Source: Octopus vulgaris (lineage: Eukaryota). Taken from it: 64,000 nucleotides of DNA. Location of the stretch: the NCBI GenBank assembly GCA_951406725.2, contig OX597822.1, forward strand, positions 60,202,001 to 60,266,000, read 5' to 3'. This document shows positions 1-13,855 of the stretch, piece by piece. The first letter of the stretch is position 1; every line of letters starts with the position of its first letter. The notes beneath the pieces were generated by a model, which did no database searches, was not told where the DNA came from, and was given only the letters and a program-made list of their open reading frames with translations. A program made the position numbers and the translations under genes.

Positions 1-157
1 TAAGCCTAGTACTTATTCTATCGGTCTCTTTTGCCGAACCGCTAAGTTACGGGGACGTAAACACACCAGCATCGGTTGTCAAGCGATGTTGAGGGAACAA
101 ACACACACACACACATACATTTATATATATATATATGTGTGTGTATATATATGTATG

Positions 158-189
<32 letters not shown>

Positions 190-350
190 TATGACAGGCT
201 TCTTTCAGTTTCTGTCTACCAAATTCACTCACAAGGCTTTGGTCAGCCCGAGGCTGTAGTAGAAGACACTTGCCCAAGGTGCCACACAGTGGGACTGAAC
301 CCGGAACCATGTAGTTCGTAAGCAAGCTACTCACCACACAGCCACTCCTA
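1..350 (-). mobile_element. SINE family A (tRNA-derived head, CORE-like block, central (TA/TG)n, LINE-derived tail)
   Basis: Reverse complement of the family consensus GGAGTGGCTGTGTGGTAAGTAGCTTGCT..GGTTCAGTCCC..GGCACCTTGGGCAAGTGTCTTC. Confidence 0.85.
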
Positions 351-469
351 TGTTTCACAAAGAAATACCAATGGTATCCAAATAGAAGCAACCAGTCACG
401 AGACTGGAGAGTCTTGGCAAACCAACCCCTGGACACAAGGAGGGCACATGGCTGATGATAATATTTCTC

Positions 470-790
470 TATCTCATCATCATCATCATTTAATGTCTTT
501 TTTTTCTTGCTGATGAGGATTAGGTAATTTGACACACGCTGACAAGCTGGAGGTCAGCACCAAGCTCCAGTCATCTGTTTTAGCATGGTTTATATGGCTG
601 AATGCTCCTCCTAATGCCAACTGCAGAGTGTACTGGGTGCCTTTTATGTGGTGCCAGGCATAGATGCTTTTTACACAGTGCTGGCATGGGTGCCTCTTAT
701 GTGTCACTGATGTGGGTGCTTTTAATATTGCACTGGCATGGTTGCTTTTTATGTGGTGCCGGCATGGGTGCACTTTTCATGGCATCAGCA
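470..790 (-). mobile_element. Repeat family B (RTE-tailed SINE-like element) with ~27-bp internal tandem units
   Basis: (cat)n end; about six units of GGTGCTTTTTATGTGxCACxGGCAT at 630-790. Confidence 0.7.
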
Positions 791-1115
791 CAATGTTGGT
801 TAGAATATCATGTATAAGTACACATGAAGAGGTCGTCTTACAGACTTTACACAAGCACAATGACAGCTATGTTTTTCCCTCTCTCTTTCTTTGTATTACT
901 TAATTACCCTTTTACCTCAGCTAAGCTCCTTATTTTAGTATCTTGACATTATTATTCTAATGTCATTCTTCTTCATTTATTCACATTGTGTTTGCATAAT
1001 TTATTCTGTGCTCAGATAAATTCTGTCATTTTTTGATGGTCTACTAATGAAACATAGTTTGCCATTGTAGCTTTCATATAAAACACTGTTCTTGAATGTT
1101 ATTTTTACCTTTTAG

Positions 1116-1216
1116 TATGAAGTTGGCTGGGAACCTTCAAAATTATGGGATGAAAAGTTGGCTCAATTAAAAACTGATACATTTATTCAAGCTGTTCATC
1201 TCTTATGGAATCTATG
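1116..1216 (+). CDS. HEATR3: HEATR3 exon (YEVGWEPSKLWDEKLAQLKTDTFIQAVHLLWNL)
   Basis: ttttag acceptor, gttagt donor, ends in phase 2 and joins the next exon as Cys. Confidence 0.85.
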
Positions 1217-4200
1217 GTTAGTTCCACATTCCTATGTTCTGTATCATAACTATTTCACTTTTAGTTTCTTTCATCTACCTTTCAAATATGTTTGTCTAGT
1301 TTCTATGATATTTAAAAGATGCATGACGATTTTACATTGGTTTAAAATATTTTTTTCCCATCATCATGGACCTTTCAAAACAGTTTACTTTAATTACAGT
1401 GAAAATTCAGAGACAGCTGTTCAAATATTCAACAAAGAAAAATTAGCCCATCCTCTTGTGTATTGTTTGAACCCCAGTATCTATGGTTATCCTTTAGTAC
1501 TTGCTGTGGGTAAGTGTTTCTGATCTTTGTTTTTTAAGTGTTTTAATCAATATCAACAGTTGGTATATAACAACAATATTTGTAGTGTTATATCTCAGTT
1601 GAGATATCCCTTTGGCATATCTTAGACGTTATCTCATTATTTACAATGTTCATTAAATGGTTAAATAAATTCTGAAGAGAGATACAAAATATTTGCAAAG
1701 TTGTAACCTAGACTACTGACCCAACCTTTGTTACAACCAGCGCTGTGTCACTGGACAAGACTTTCATTGAATAGTCCTTCTCTTTTAAAGTTATATTATT
1801 TTCTCTAAACCTTAAGTTATATATTGATTTCAAACTTTGGCTCAAGACCAGCAATTTAAAGGGAGGAGTAGGTCGATTAGATTGACCCCAGCACTCATCT
1901 GGTGCTTATTTTATTGACCCTGAAAGGAAAGTCAGCCATGGCAAAATTTCAACTCAGAACATGGAGACAGATGAAAAGCCACTAAGTATTTTACTCAGTG
2001 TGCTAACAGTTCTACTTGCTCATTGCCCTATCTTAAGCTATATATTAGGAGCTTATATCTATAGTTTACCTTTTTATATTTCACTAACTACAGATAGCAC
2101 ATTTGCTGTCATTATCAGCCTTAGCACTCTTAGCTATAACATGGCATCCATAGCTATAGCTTTGCACTCATAGTACCTAGGCACCCATAGCTTTATCTTT
2201 GCACCCATTGTTATAAACATAATGAAACTTTCAGCTTCAGTTGTGATTAAACAAGGAAGGGATTATGTTGACACCAAGCATTGCAGAGAATTCATTAAGA
2301 TTAGTTATTGGAACATACTGAATATGCTCCCACAATCAGCACTGTCGTCTAGCACAATCTGTACTGTCATCTAGCAGAATTCTACCATCTGTCTTTGATG
2401 TATTGCAGTCTGCACTTATGTATAATACTATTGGAGTAAATTAACTTACTTGAACAACTGATCTTTTTGAACGATCTTTACTTTCTCAAATGATGTTAAT
2501 TGCAATATTTTCTAACTTGAAGTGAAATATATCTTTCTTAACTGGTGTATACATTACTTCAGTAGCCTTTGCTGTAATTATACTGTATTATGTGATAGAT
2601 ACTGGTGGGACGTAAAAGCACCCATTACACTCATCATCATCATCATCATCATCATCATTTAACGTCCACTTTCTATTCTGGCATGGGTTGGACGATTTTA
2701 CAGAAGCTGACCAGCTGAAGGGCATGGTTGCTACAGTTAGGTGCCCTTCCAAATGCCAGCCACTTTACAGAGTGTACTGGTTGCTTTTAAACTTTACCTG
2801 CTTATTGTTGTTTGTTATGTACATTTACCTGCCATTTATTGTATAGTGTAATATACTTTTAATATCCCACCTCATTGGGGTATGATGTTTGTGACTAACT
2901 TCATCATCATCATCATTTAACGTCCGTTTTCCATGCTAGCATGGGTTGGACAGTTTGACTGGGGTCTGGTAAGCCATGGAGGCTGCACCAGGCTCCAGTC
3001 TGATTTGGCAGTTTCTACAGCTGGATGCCCTTCCTGATGCCGACCACTCCATGAGTGTAGTGGGTGCATTTTACGTGCCACCGGCACAGGGGCCAGAGGA
3101 GGCTGGCAAATGGCCACGATCGGTTGGTACTTTTACGTGTCACCAACACGGACGCCAGTCAGTGGCATCTGCCACGTTCGGACGGTGCTTTTTACATGTC
3201 ACCGGCACGGGTGTCTTAACTACAATTTCCATTTGATTTTTATTTTGATGTTGGTGTTGACATACTTGACTCAATAGGTCTCCCCAAGAACAGCTGGTTA
3301 TTGGTATATAATGTTATATAACATCTTTGTTGCTAGTTCATTACTATATAATGTAATTTTATATTTTTCCTAGCCCACACTGTATAATGTTATATATTGT
3401 GTTTGCTACACAATTTGCTATTGTGTCCTTACATTGGATGGTTAGGTGTCCTCACCTTGTTTGTTGTTACCACAACCTTTCGGTTGATGTACTCTCCAGC
3501 CTTCGAATCCTACACTTTATTTGAATGCTGGGGTATTTATTTATTTTTTCGTTTTTGCTGATGTTATTTATTCAAACCGCTGACTGGGACTGAATCCGGC
3601 ATCTTGGGGTTAGTAGCCTATGCTCTTAACCACTATGCTATATGCGTGTGGGCAATTATAGAGTGAATTTTAGGTCTTATAAACCTATAATTTTTGTATC
3701 TTGCCTTAATACTGTTTCCCATATTCTTCTCATATCCGCACTAGGTCTGCTTAAGAGGTTATTGTGTCCTAGCATATGTGCTACTTCTTTTAGCTTTCAT
3801 ATTTTCCAGTGGTGTTCTCTGTCTATTTTCCCCCTGTGGGATGAAGTTAAAATAATAGACAGAACACCACTGGAAAATACGAAAACTAAAAGAGGCAGCA
3901 CATATACTAGGACACAATTACTTCCTAAACAAACCTAGTGCAGATATGAGTAGAATATGGGAGCCGGTATTAAGGAAAGATATAAAAATGATAGGTTTAT
4001 AAGCCCTAAAATTCACTCTATAATTGCCCATGGGCATATAGCATAGTGGTTTAGAGTGTGGGCTACTAACCCCAAGATTCCGGGTTCAATCCCAGTCAGT
4101 GACCTGAATAAATAATAACAATAACATCAGCAAAAAAAAAAGGAAATTAAAAACCTTAGGAATGAGAACAGAGTACCCCAGTAATCAAACAAGGTGAGGA

Positions 4201-7200
4201 CACCTATCCATCCAATGTAAATATTGTATATAATTTCTCATTTTTAAAATATAGGATAGTATAATATCTTTACTATACCAGCCCAATTTATGATGTAATG
4301 TTATCTCATTATTATATTATTATACTGTATGATGTATTGTCTTAACTATACCTGCTCATTGCTGCATCATGTAACATATTGTCTTTATGACTGGCTCATA
4401 ATTATATATTGTAATATAATATCATTACTATACCAGCCCAAACAGTATAGTGTCATGAAATTTCTTTGTTATTCCAGTTTATTGCTGTATAATATACTAT
4501 TTTTATGACCAGCTCATTACTATACAAGGTTACATATTTTTATTCTATCAGCTCACTGTTTACACACTGTCACTGATAGCAACCCTGAAGTATGCACATA
4601 TCTACGAAATGATGAACCACTCTCTCAGATCCAGTCCTTGACTACTATTAACACAAGTTCAATGGATGCTTTACTTTTGCGTGCTGTAGCTGCAGGTATG
4701 TGACCCAGCTTGCATCCTTTCAATTTACAATAATTTTTCTTTTCACTATACACATCAAATATAAAAAGTTTTATTTTGTGGTCTTTTTGAAGAAATTGGT
4801 ATAGATTTGTTTCTCTTCTGAGATCCAGTTTAGCTATTTTGATACAAAGCCACATAAATCTGCTCCTGGTTCTATAATATAAAACCTCTTATTTAAGTGC
4901 TCGCATATAATTATAAACTTTTATCTCAATTTTCATTATATTCTAATCACCATCTTAATTATGAAAAAGTTAGTTGTTTTACTAAAACTCCAAATAATTG
5001 GTTATTCTTAAAGCTAATCAAACCACCACAGCCATTATTTCAGTAGGATTATGTTGAATTTATTTCTGATTCAGTCTTCTGATTAGATTGATACATTGTA
5101 AGTGTTGCACCCAACCCATCTAATTCCTTATGGTTTATTGTGAGTTCAAATCCATTACAATCATTTCATTCTGTCTGTGGACAGGATGATTTATTCAATG
5201 GCCCTTTAATCCACTAAAGAATTTTGCTTTTTCCAATCATTAGAAACTCATTTCTGTCCCTTCGTCAAGAACTGTCATTTGCTCTTTTGAAGATTTAATT
5301 CCTTTGCTTTTTTTATTTTTACCCTTTAGCATTCTGTCAAATGTAATGCTTGCTTATTCAGATTGTTTTGAATTAATCATGCATTATCTCATTCCTTTGA
5401 GATTTAAATAATGGATTGTTTATTTCTAGAATGGCATTGTAGAGTAGGTGTGAGAGGTTAGACCTTTCCAGTTTAAACACTTAAGGGCTAAACAATTAAG
5501 GATGCTCAAGCACTGCATGAAAATAAAGCCTTCTTTTGTTTGCATTGTAAATAGGATAATAATCATCATCGTTTAACGTCCGTTTTCCATGCTAGCATGG
5601 GTTGGACAGTTCGACTGGGGTCTTGGAAACCAGGAAGCTGTGCCAGGCTCCAGTCTGATCTGGCAGTGTTTCTACAGCTGGATGCCCTTCCTAACGCCAA
5701 CCACTCTGTGAGTGTAGTGGGTGCTTTTTAGGTACTACCAGCATAAGGGCCAGAGGAGGCTGGCAAACGGCCACGATCAGTGGGTGCTTTTTACGTGTCA
5801 CCGACACAGATGTCAGTCAGGCGGCATTGGCATGAGCCACGTTTAGATGGTGCTTTTTTACGTGCCACCAGCACGGGTATCATAACTACAATTTCCATTT
5901 GATTTTTATTTTGCTGTTGATGTTTACATACTTGACTCAATAGGTCTCCTCAAGCACAGCGGGTCACCCTACGATTCAATATTAGCACAGCAAGCCGTCC
6001 TGCGAGCCATGAACTCACTTCATATTTTTTCATTTTTGGCCATTTTGTCATAATCTTCACTAGCTGATAAGATGTCAGCACATTCGTTTTTCACCATGAA
6101 TGTGCTTGTACACAATATCCTTTCACTTTTTGTACCTTATTTTGTGAAATTTTCTTTACCCATTTCTTTTGTAAACTTCTCTTCTGGTTGATGTGTCAAT
6201 TGTCCATTAATTGAAGCATTCTTTTTATGAACATTGCCAAACCTAATTTTCAATATTGACTCAGTTTGAAAACTTTTACCAGATTGTTCTTTCTTATGAT
6301 GTACATTCTCATTAGTAAGTGCTAATTTTCCAGTGTCTGGCCTGTTTTTCTAAAATCTTATATGATAGTTACTGTGGATTTTTTAAATGAATACTGCTCT
6401 GACTTATTTTGGGTAACTTATAGCTCCCTGATATTTTTAGTTTTTCCTTGTTGAGATAAAATGTTACATTTTTAACTCACTATTACCATAGGGAGAGGGT
6501 ATTTATTAACTGCAGCTCTCACATTGTTTACATGGGAAAAACAAAAGCACCTACTCTCAACTTTGAAGATAACTGATGAAGTAGAATAGAATGATATGAT
6601 AAAATTAATGAATATTCTCTTTTACTTGTTTCAGTCATTTGACTGTGGCCATGCTGGAGCACCGCCTTTAGTTGAGCAAATCGACCCCAAGACTTATTCT
6701 TTGTAAGCCTAGTACTTATTCTATCGGTCTCTTATGCCGAACCGCTAAGTTACGGGGATGTAAACACACCAGCATCGGTTGTCAAACGATGTTGGGGGAA
6801 CAAACATATACACACACATGCACATATTAATATACATATATACGACGGGCTTCTTTCAGTTTCCGTCTGCCAAATCCACTCACAAGGCTTTGGTCGGCCC
6901 GAGGCTATCATAGAAGACACTTGCCCAAGGTGCCATGCAGTGAGACTGAACCTGGAACCATGTGGTTCGTAAGCAAGCTACTTACCACACAGCCACTCCT
7001 GGTTAATTTGAATGAAAATTTTTATAATAATAACTCTTTGATAACATTATCAATGTTGATTATTCATGGCTTCCTCTGTACAGCTGATTCTTCATTTACT
7101 GGTTTATTAGTTGTGAATGTAAATTCTTTCCAGTAATTTCTGTGAGTGGGATACATTATTCAATGAGCAGTACCAGAAATCTACTAACTTATTGTACTCT

Positions 7201-10200
7201 GATAATATAATATAACAGCTGGAATATACATTTTGGTTACTTAACCTAGTCTCTTTTTAGTAGTGTTTGACCACCTATTCTTTTAACTATATTTGGTACT
7301 CACATGTTTTGGATTCATCCATCTCTCTTCTCTTAAATTGCTGGCTTCCTATCAGATTACACCACTGCTGTTTATGTTGATGAGTCTCTCTCACTCTCTC
7401 TCTCTCTCTCCCTCCTATACTCTACCAACACTCAGGGTTTGGTTTTGTCCCTCACCACACTCTGCCTTCTGCACTCTAATGTGTCTTACTTGTCTTCAAC
7501 TCTAATGATGTCCATTTCTATATAGGTGACACTATTTTTCATTCACCTCCAGTCTTCTGCACCCAAGTATCATTCATATGCAATCTAGATACTTCATGTT
7601 GAATCTGCACTGACTCCAAGAAAGGTGACCCCGAAAATATCTTCAAATAGAATTATACCAGTCTAACCTCCTTTAACAATAAGACACAATTATTACACAT
7701 TTCAAGAAAACATTCTCTCCCGTTCTCTATTCCAACATGAATTGCGCACAAATGAAACCTTCAAAGTAGCTATGAATGCAATGCCTCACCATCTGTGAAG
7801 ATATCTATTATGCACATTCTCAGCATAATAGGCGTAAGAGTGGCTATGTGGTAAGTAGCTTGCTTAAGAGCCACATGGTTCTGGGTTCAGTCCCACTGCG
7901 TGGCACCTTGGGCAAGTGTCTTCTACTATAGAATCAGGCCGACCAAAGCCTTGTGAGTGGATTTGGTAGACGGAAACTGAAAGAAGCCTGTCATATATGT
8001 GTTTGTGTGTCTGTGTTTGTCCCCCATAACTAAGCGGTTCGGCAAGAGACTGATAGAATAAATACTAGGCTTACAAAGAATAGGTCCTCGACTAAAGGCG
8101 GTGCTCCAGCATGGGCCACAGTCAAATGACTGAAACAAGTAAAAGAGTATAATCAAAACTTAACTATAAAGGCTAACCTTCCTTTTCAGAGTTAGTACAT
8201 GCTTCAGCTTGGAGTATTGCTTCCTTATTAGGGACAGTGCTGCTTGTATATAATCATCTAACGATCAGTCATAGAAAAGCCACTTAACAGATTAACATTA
8301 AGTCACTTTAATCTCTGGCCTGCAGACATGCTATCACATCCCTCTACCTTTTCTATTACTTATACAGTAAATTCTGCTTTTCAGAGTGAGCTGGTTTTGT
8401 ACCACCTCCTCTCAAGGACTTGCAACTCATCCATCCTTTCCTTGTCACCCATATTGTATCCATCTACCTCACTCTCTCTCTCTCCTTCTCTTTTACTTGT
8501 TTCAGTCATTTGACTGCGGCCATGCTGGAACACCGCCTTTTAGTCAAGCAAATCGACCCCAGGACTTATTCTTTGTAAGCCTAGTACTTATTCTATTGGT
8601 CTCTTTTTTGCCGAAATGTTAAGTTACGGGGGCGTAAACACACCAGCATCGGTTGTCAAGCGATGTTGGGGGGACAAACACAACAGACACACAAACACAC
8701 ACACATATATACATATATACGTTGGACTTCAGTTTCCGTCTACCAAATCCACTCACAAGGCTTTGGTCACCCTGAGGCTATAGTAGATGACATTGGCCCA
8801 AGGTGCCACACAGTGGGACTGAACCTGGAACCATGTGGTTGGTAAGCAAGCTACTTACCACACAGCCATTCCTATGCCTAGCTACTTACCACACAGCCAC
8901 TCTGCACTAAGTCTAATAATTCTTCCCCAGAATGTTGGTGCACTGGATTTCTTTCCCTGCATGTCTCTATTGCAACCATTGACTGGCACCATGTTTAAAA
9001 AGAAATGTTAACCATGACAGTATTTATAGTTTCTGAGGGGCTGGAAAATGGGCATTGACACAGTCCTCTCTTCCTCCAGATAACACCACCACCACCACAA
9101 TCATCATCATCATCATTTAATATCTGTATTCCATATTGGCATGGGTTAGTCAGTTGGACAGGATTTGACTATATGTATTCATCCAACCCATTCCAGCATG
9201 GAAAAAGGGAGGTTACGTCATCATCATTGTCATCATCATGCATTCATGCATACTCTTTACTCCTTTTACTCTTTTACTTGTTTCAGTCATTTGACTGTGA
9301 CCATGCTGGAGCACTGTCTTTAGTCGAAGAAATCGACCCCAGGACTTATTCTTTGTAAGCCTAGTACTTATTCTATTGGTCTCTTTTGCCAAACCGCTAT
9401 ATTACAGGGACGTAAATACACCAGCATCAGTTGTCAAGCGATGTTGGGGGACAAAAACAGACACACAAACATATACACACGCATACATATATGCGACAGG
9501 CTTCTTTCAGTTTTCGTCTACCAAATCCACTACTAGGCTATAGTAGAAGACACTTGCCCAAGGTGCCATGCAGTGGGACTGAACACAGAACCATGTGGTC
9601 GGTAAGCAAGCTACTTACCACACAGCCACTATTGCGCCTGATGATGATGATGTAACTTCCTTTTTTCTATGCTGGTATGGGTTGGGTGATTCAACATGCA
9701 CAGATGAGCTAGAATGCTGCGCCAAGTTCTAATGTTTGCTTGATAAAGTACAAAAATAGTTCCTTCCTGAGTCAGATAGACTCATAAGGGCCAGTTTCCC
9801 AGTTTCTATGGCTTATATATTCACCACCTGAACGGGATGCTGGTCTGTGGCAGGATTACTCATTTTTACCAGCTGAGTAGAGTGGAGTAACATGAAATGA
9901 AGTGTTTTGCTCAAGAACACAATGCGTTGCCTGGTCCAGGAATACAAAGCTACAATCCTATGATCCACCCCTGACCACTAAGTCATGTGCCTCCACATGT
10001 CCCCTTGGTCTCTACAACTAGATGCCCTTTCTAATACCAACCACTTCACAGAGTATAGTGGGTGCTTCTTAATGTGGCACCTGTATGGTGAGGCTTCTAA
10101 GTACCTGCAAGACAGGACCCCTCGACTGAGAAGGGCATAGAATTGAGGAATAGGTAAATAGGATAGAAGAGCAGATGCATTACTTCTTATTTCTTTATTG

Positions 10201-13200
10201 CCCACAAGGGGCTAAACATAGAGAGGACAAACAAGGACAGACAAAGGAATTAAGTCGATTACATCAAACCTTGTGCATAACTGGTACTTAATTTATCGAC
10301 CCCGAAAGGAAGAAAGGAAAAGTCAACCTTGGTGGAATTTGAACTCAGAGCGTAAAGACAGACAAGATACTGCTGAGTATTTCACCCGGTGTGCTCACGT
10401 TTCTGCCTGCTTGCCACCTTGCATTACTGAAGAGGTGAACATATGGCTTGTGTTATCTAGAAAGAGAGAGAGAAATGTGAGGTCAAGGTATAATGTGAAT
10501 ATGATAGAAAATAGGATGGAGGAACTGAAAAGATGGATGTGTAGGTAAGTGCTCTGAGTGAGAGTTGTGTGGCAAACGATTAGAGGTAACGAAAGAGTTG
10601 GATAATGTGATTATATTATATGTATTACTGAATCAGTATTTGAGCACATACTCTAATGTATTACTGTATCACAAACCTTGAGGTCATTGTGTGGTGCCCA
10701 AGGTTATAGTATATCATATATACCCTAACCCTAACCCTTACTCCATATTTGAATTGCTAATAGTTGTGAAGTGTCAAAGTGCATATTTCCATCCTACTAT
10801 GACCATCACCATCAATTGTCACAAGTAGTCGTAAAACAGAAGCAGCTGATGAAACACTGAAATACATTTAGTATTTTTATATTTATATTAAAACCGGTAT
10901 GTAGTGAGATACACTAGTACGTCATAAAGTTATGTATAAAATGAGATATTGTTAATGTATCATAAAGTGAGATATGTTATTATTCAATGTATGAAAGATA
11001 TAAGATATTTTTCCAAACAATTCACCAGAAAAGAAATTTTTTTGTTTTAAATTTGTAATATTTTATAGGTCTCTTGGTGAATGTGTTTGGAGACCAACTG
11101 AGCACTGCTAGTGGTCATCTTGTTTCTCCTATCCTCTCCACAATTGCCGATGTCCTGGCAATAAACACACATGAACATTTAATATCAGAAGCTGATAAAG
11201 TGGTTGCTTTACAGGTTAGCAAACTAAATTTATTTTCTCCTTTTTCTGTTTAATATCGATGTAGTTTCTTTATAGGACTTTGAACACTATCTTCAATGGT
11301 CAGGGCATGTAGTGAGAATGGAAGAGTCAAAGATTTTATGTTAAGTCTTAGTCAGTGAGCTCACCTTTGTAGATACAAGAACCAACTCAAAATAACACTG
11401 AAAGTCACTGGACTTGAGCCTAAATCATTTGAAACCCAAGCCTGAGACATACCAACAGGTGGTATTTCATCATCATTGGAACTGAAATCTTTGAAGCCAT
11501 CAGAAGAGAAAAGTAAGAAATCAAACAACAGGAGAGAAAGGCTCAACAAAATCAAACTCATCCTTCACCACCATGCATTTGGGGAGGAAAATCCCACCGT
11601 CTACTTACTCCCTCCACAACACTAATCTCAAATTGTTTTCTTGTGAACATGACCTGGGCATTATTGTTGACAGCAATTTGCGTTGGACAAAACACATTGG
11701 TAAAATTGCCAAGAAGGCTGAGGGAGTCTAGGCAACACTTACCAAGTCCTTTGTGAGCTGCTCTCCGGCTATCTATCTGAGGATTTATATAGCCATGGTC
11801 CGGCCTCACCTGGAATTTGCATCACCGGTCTGGAACCCCTATCTTGCCCAGGATATTAAATGTCTGGAAACCATTCAGCAACGTACAACCAAGAGAATAC
11901 CCTCCATCAGGCATTTGCCATATTCTGAACGCCTTACTTCCCTGGACATGGATACATTGAAACTCTGCCGTCTGGCAGCTGACTTGGCAGACACCCATAA
12001 AATTATTAACCATCTTACTAACAATGACTCTAAGCACCTTTTCAAACTCCACCTGTCAAACACCCGTGGGCATGTTTAAAAAGTCAGAAATCAGCACAGC
12101 TCCCATGACTTTCTGAAACATTTTTTCATGCTAAGAGTTGCTGAAGTATGGAACAAACTGCTGGCATCAGCTGTTAGTTGTTGGAGCACTGCATCCTTCA
12201 AAACTTCCATGCTTCCTGAGATTTGCCAACACTACACCTGATTTTCTCCTCTCCATACATATGCAAGCATGTATCTGACTCATACACTGTTCACTTCCCA
12301 GACATTTGTACATTACTGCATATGCTTTATACACACTTTTGACAAGTTGTGGTGCACCTGAGCACTGTATGCAATAATTTCATTATTATTATCATGCAGT
12401 CAATGCCATCGACTCTTCAATGTAAGAATTGGTCTACTTAGTCTCTCACCGTAAAGGAAGCAATCAGTGAAGAAATTAAATTCTTGGATATGAGATGAAG
12501 CTGCTGCCGACAAGTTTCTTTATAGTTTATCTCATTTACTGTCTGTCTATAAAGCTGGTGGTGGTGGTTGTTGTTGTTGAGCTCTAGGTGATTAAAAGTA
12601 TTTCAGTCACAAGCATCTCATACTACAATCCAATATGTTCTTGCTGTTTTAAAATAGTAGCATGCTATTTTGAGGGAAATTTGATTGCTCTTTCTTGCAG
12701 GTTGAGTGGCAACATGGATGTTTCCTCATTGGCTTGGCTGTTGTTAGTGTTTATCTCTGGAGACTTTATTGAAAGTATCAACAGTTGAGGTATTAAATAC
12801 TGGACTGTTCAACTCTAACATTTTCAGTCTAAATACTGCCATTGTACAAGATTATTTGCACAAAATTATTTACTCTGTTAATGTAGTTAACTTTACTGAT
12901 GGCAGCTACCACGCCTGTAATTCTCTGTTTGTTAAATGGAAACAAGCATCACAGGAGTATAAAATCAAACAGTGTTTAGATGATGTGATAGATTTGAAAG
13001 GATTAACTATATATCATCATCATCTTCATAATAATCATGCATTTTCTATGCTGGCATGGGTTGGACGGTTCGACAGCAGCTGGCTCCAGTGTCTGCTTTG
13101 GCATTGTTTTTAAATCTGGATACCCTTCCTAATACCAACCAATTTACAGAGTGTACTGGTTGCTTTTTACATGGTACCAAATAATTTGCCAGACAGGATG

Positions 13201-13592
13201 CCTCACCTGAGGGGTGGAGGGCTGAGTAGTATTGAATGAGATGACTTTATCTCATCATCATCATCATCATCATCATCGTTTAGCGTCCGCTTTCCATGCT
13301 AGCATGGGTTGGATGGTTCTACTGGGGTCTGTGAAGCCAGAAGGCTTCATCAGGCCCAGTCAAATCTGGCAGTGTTTCTACGGCTGGATGCCCTTCCTAA
13401 CGCCAACCACTCCGTGAGTGTAGTGGGTGCTTTTTACGTGCCACCCGCAGGTGATGAGATATTGAAGTATGATAAGGGGACAGGAACAGATGTTTTGCTG
13501 TCAGGGATATACATGGTTGCCCCAGTTAGAAGACAAGAAGGATGGTGGTGAAGATGTGTCAGGATATACCCTCACATTGAATAGGAGAATTG

Positions 13593-13631
<39 letters not shown>

Positions 13632-13800
13632 TTTCTCTCCTTGTTTCTTTCTGTGTCCCTTTCTGTGGAAGTGCGTAGGCTCGAAACGTTAAAGACTTTT
13701 CCACTTCCCAAGCGTTATACTACTACATCTGTTTGTTGTCTACACCACCTGTCTTCATCTTTTGTTTTTTTGTGAATTCTCCCCCTCTCTATATATATAC

Positions 13801-13855
<55 letters not shown>

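Noticed and set aside
47-535. Many 60-160 aa ORFs rich in YI/CV/HT repeats or with recurring 'LLSVSVYQIHSQGFG' and 'FLQLDALPNANH' peptides
   Set aside because: They are translations of SINEs and microsatellites, not genes.
630-790. CRISPR-like array of ~27-bp units
   Set aside because: These are degenerate tandem units without unique spacers, inside a eukaryotic dispersed repeat, with no cas genes.
1158-1523. 121-aa single ORF
   Set aside because: It reads through a 183-nt intron between two HEATR3 exons. The intron is in frame and stop-free, but nothing indicates it is retained.
4032-4101. Functional tRNA gene; SINE heads likewise
   Set aside because: The acceptor and anticodon stems pair poorly, it lies within a repeat, and the mirrored copy differs.
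10723-10740. Telomeric (CCCTAA)n
   Set aside because: Fewer than three units, which is expected by chance or from a small repeat.
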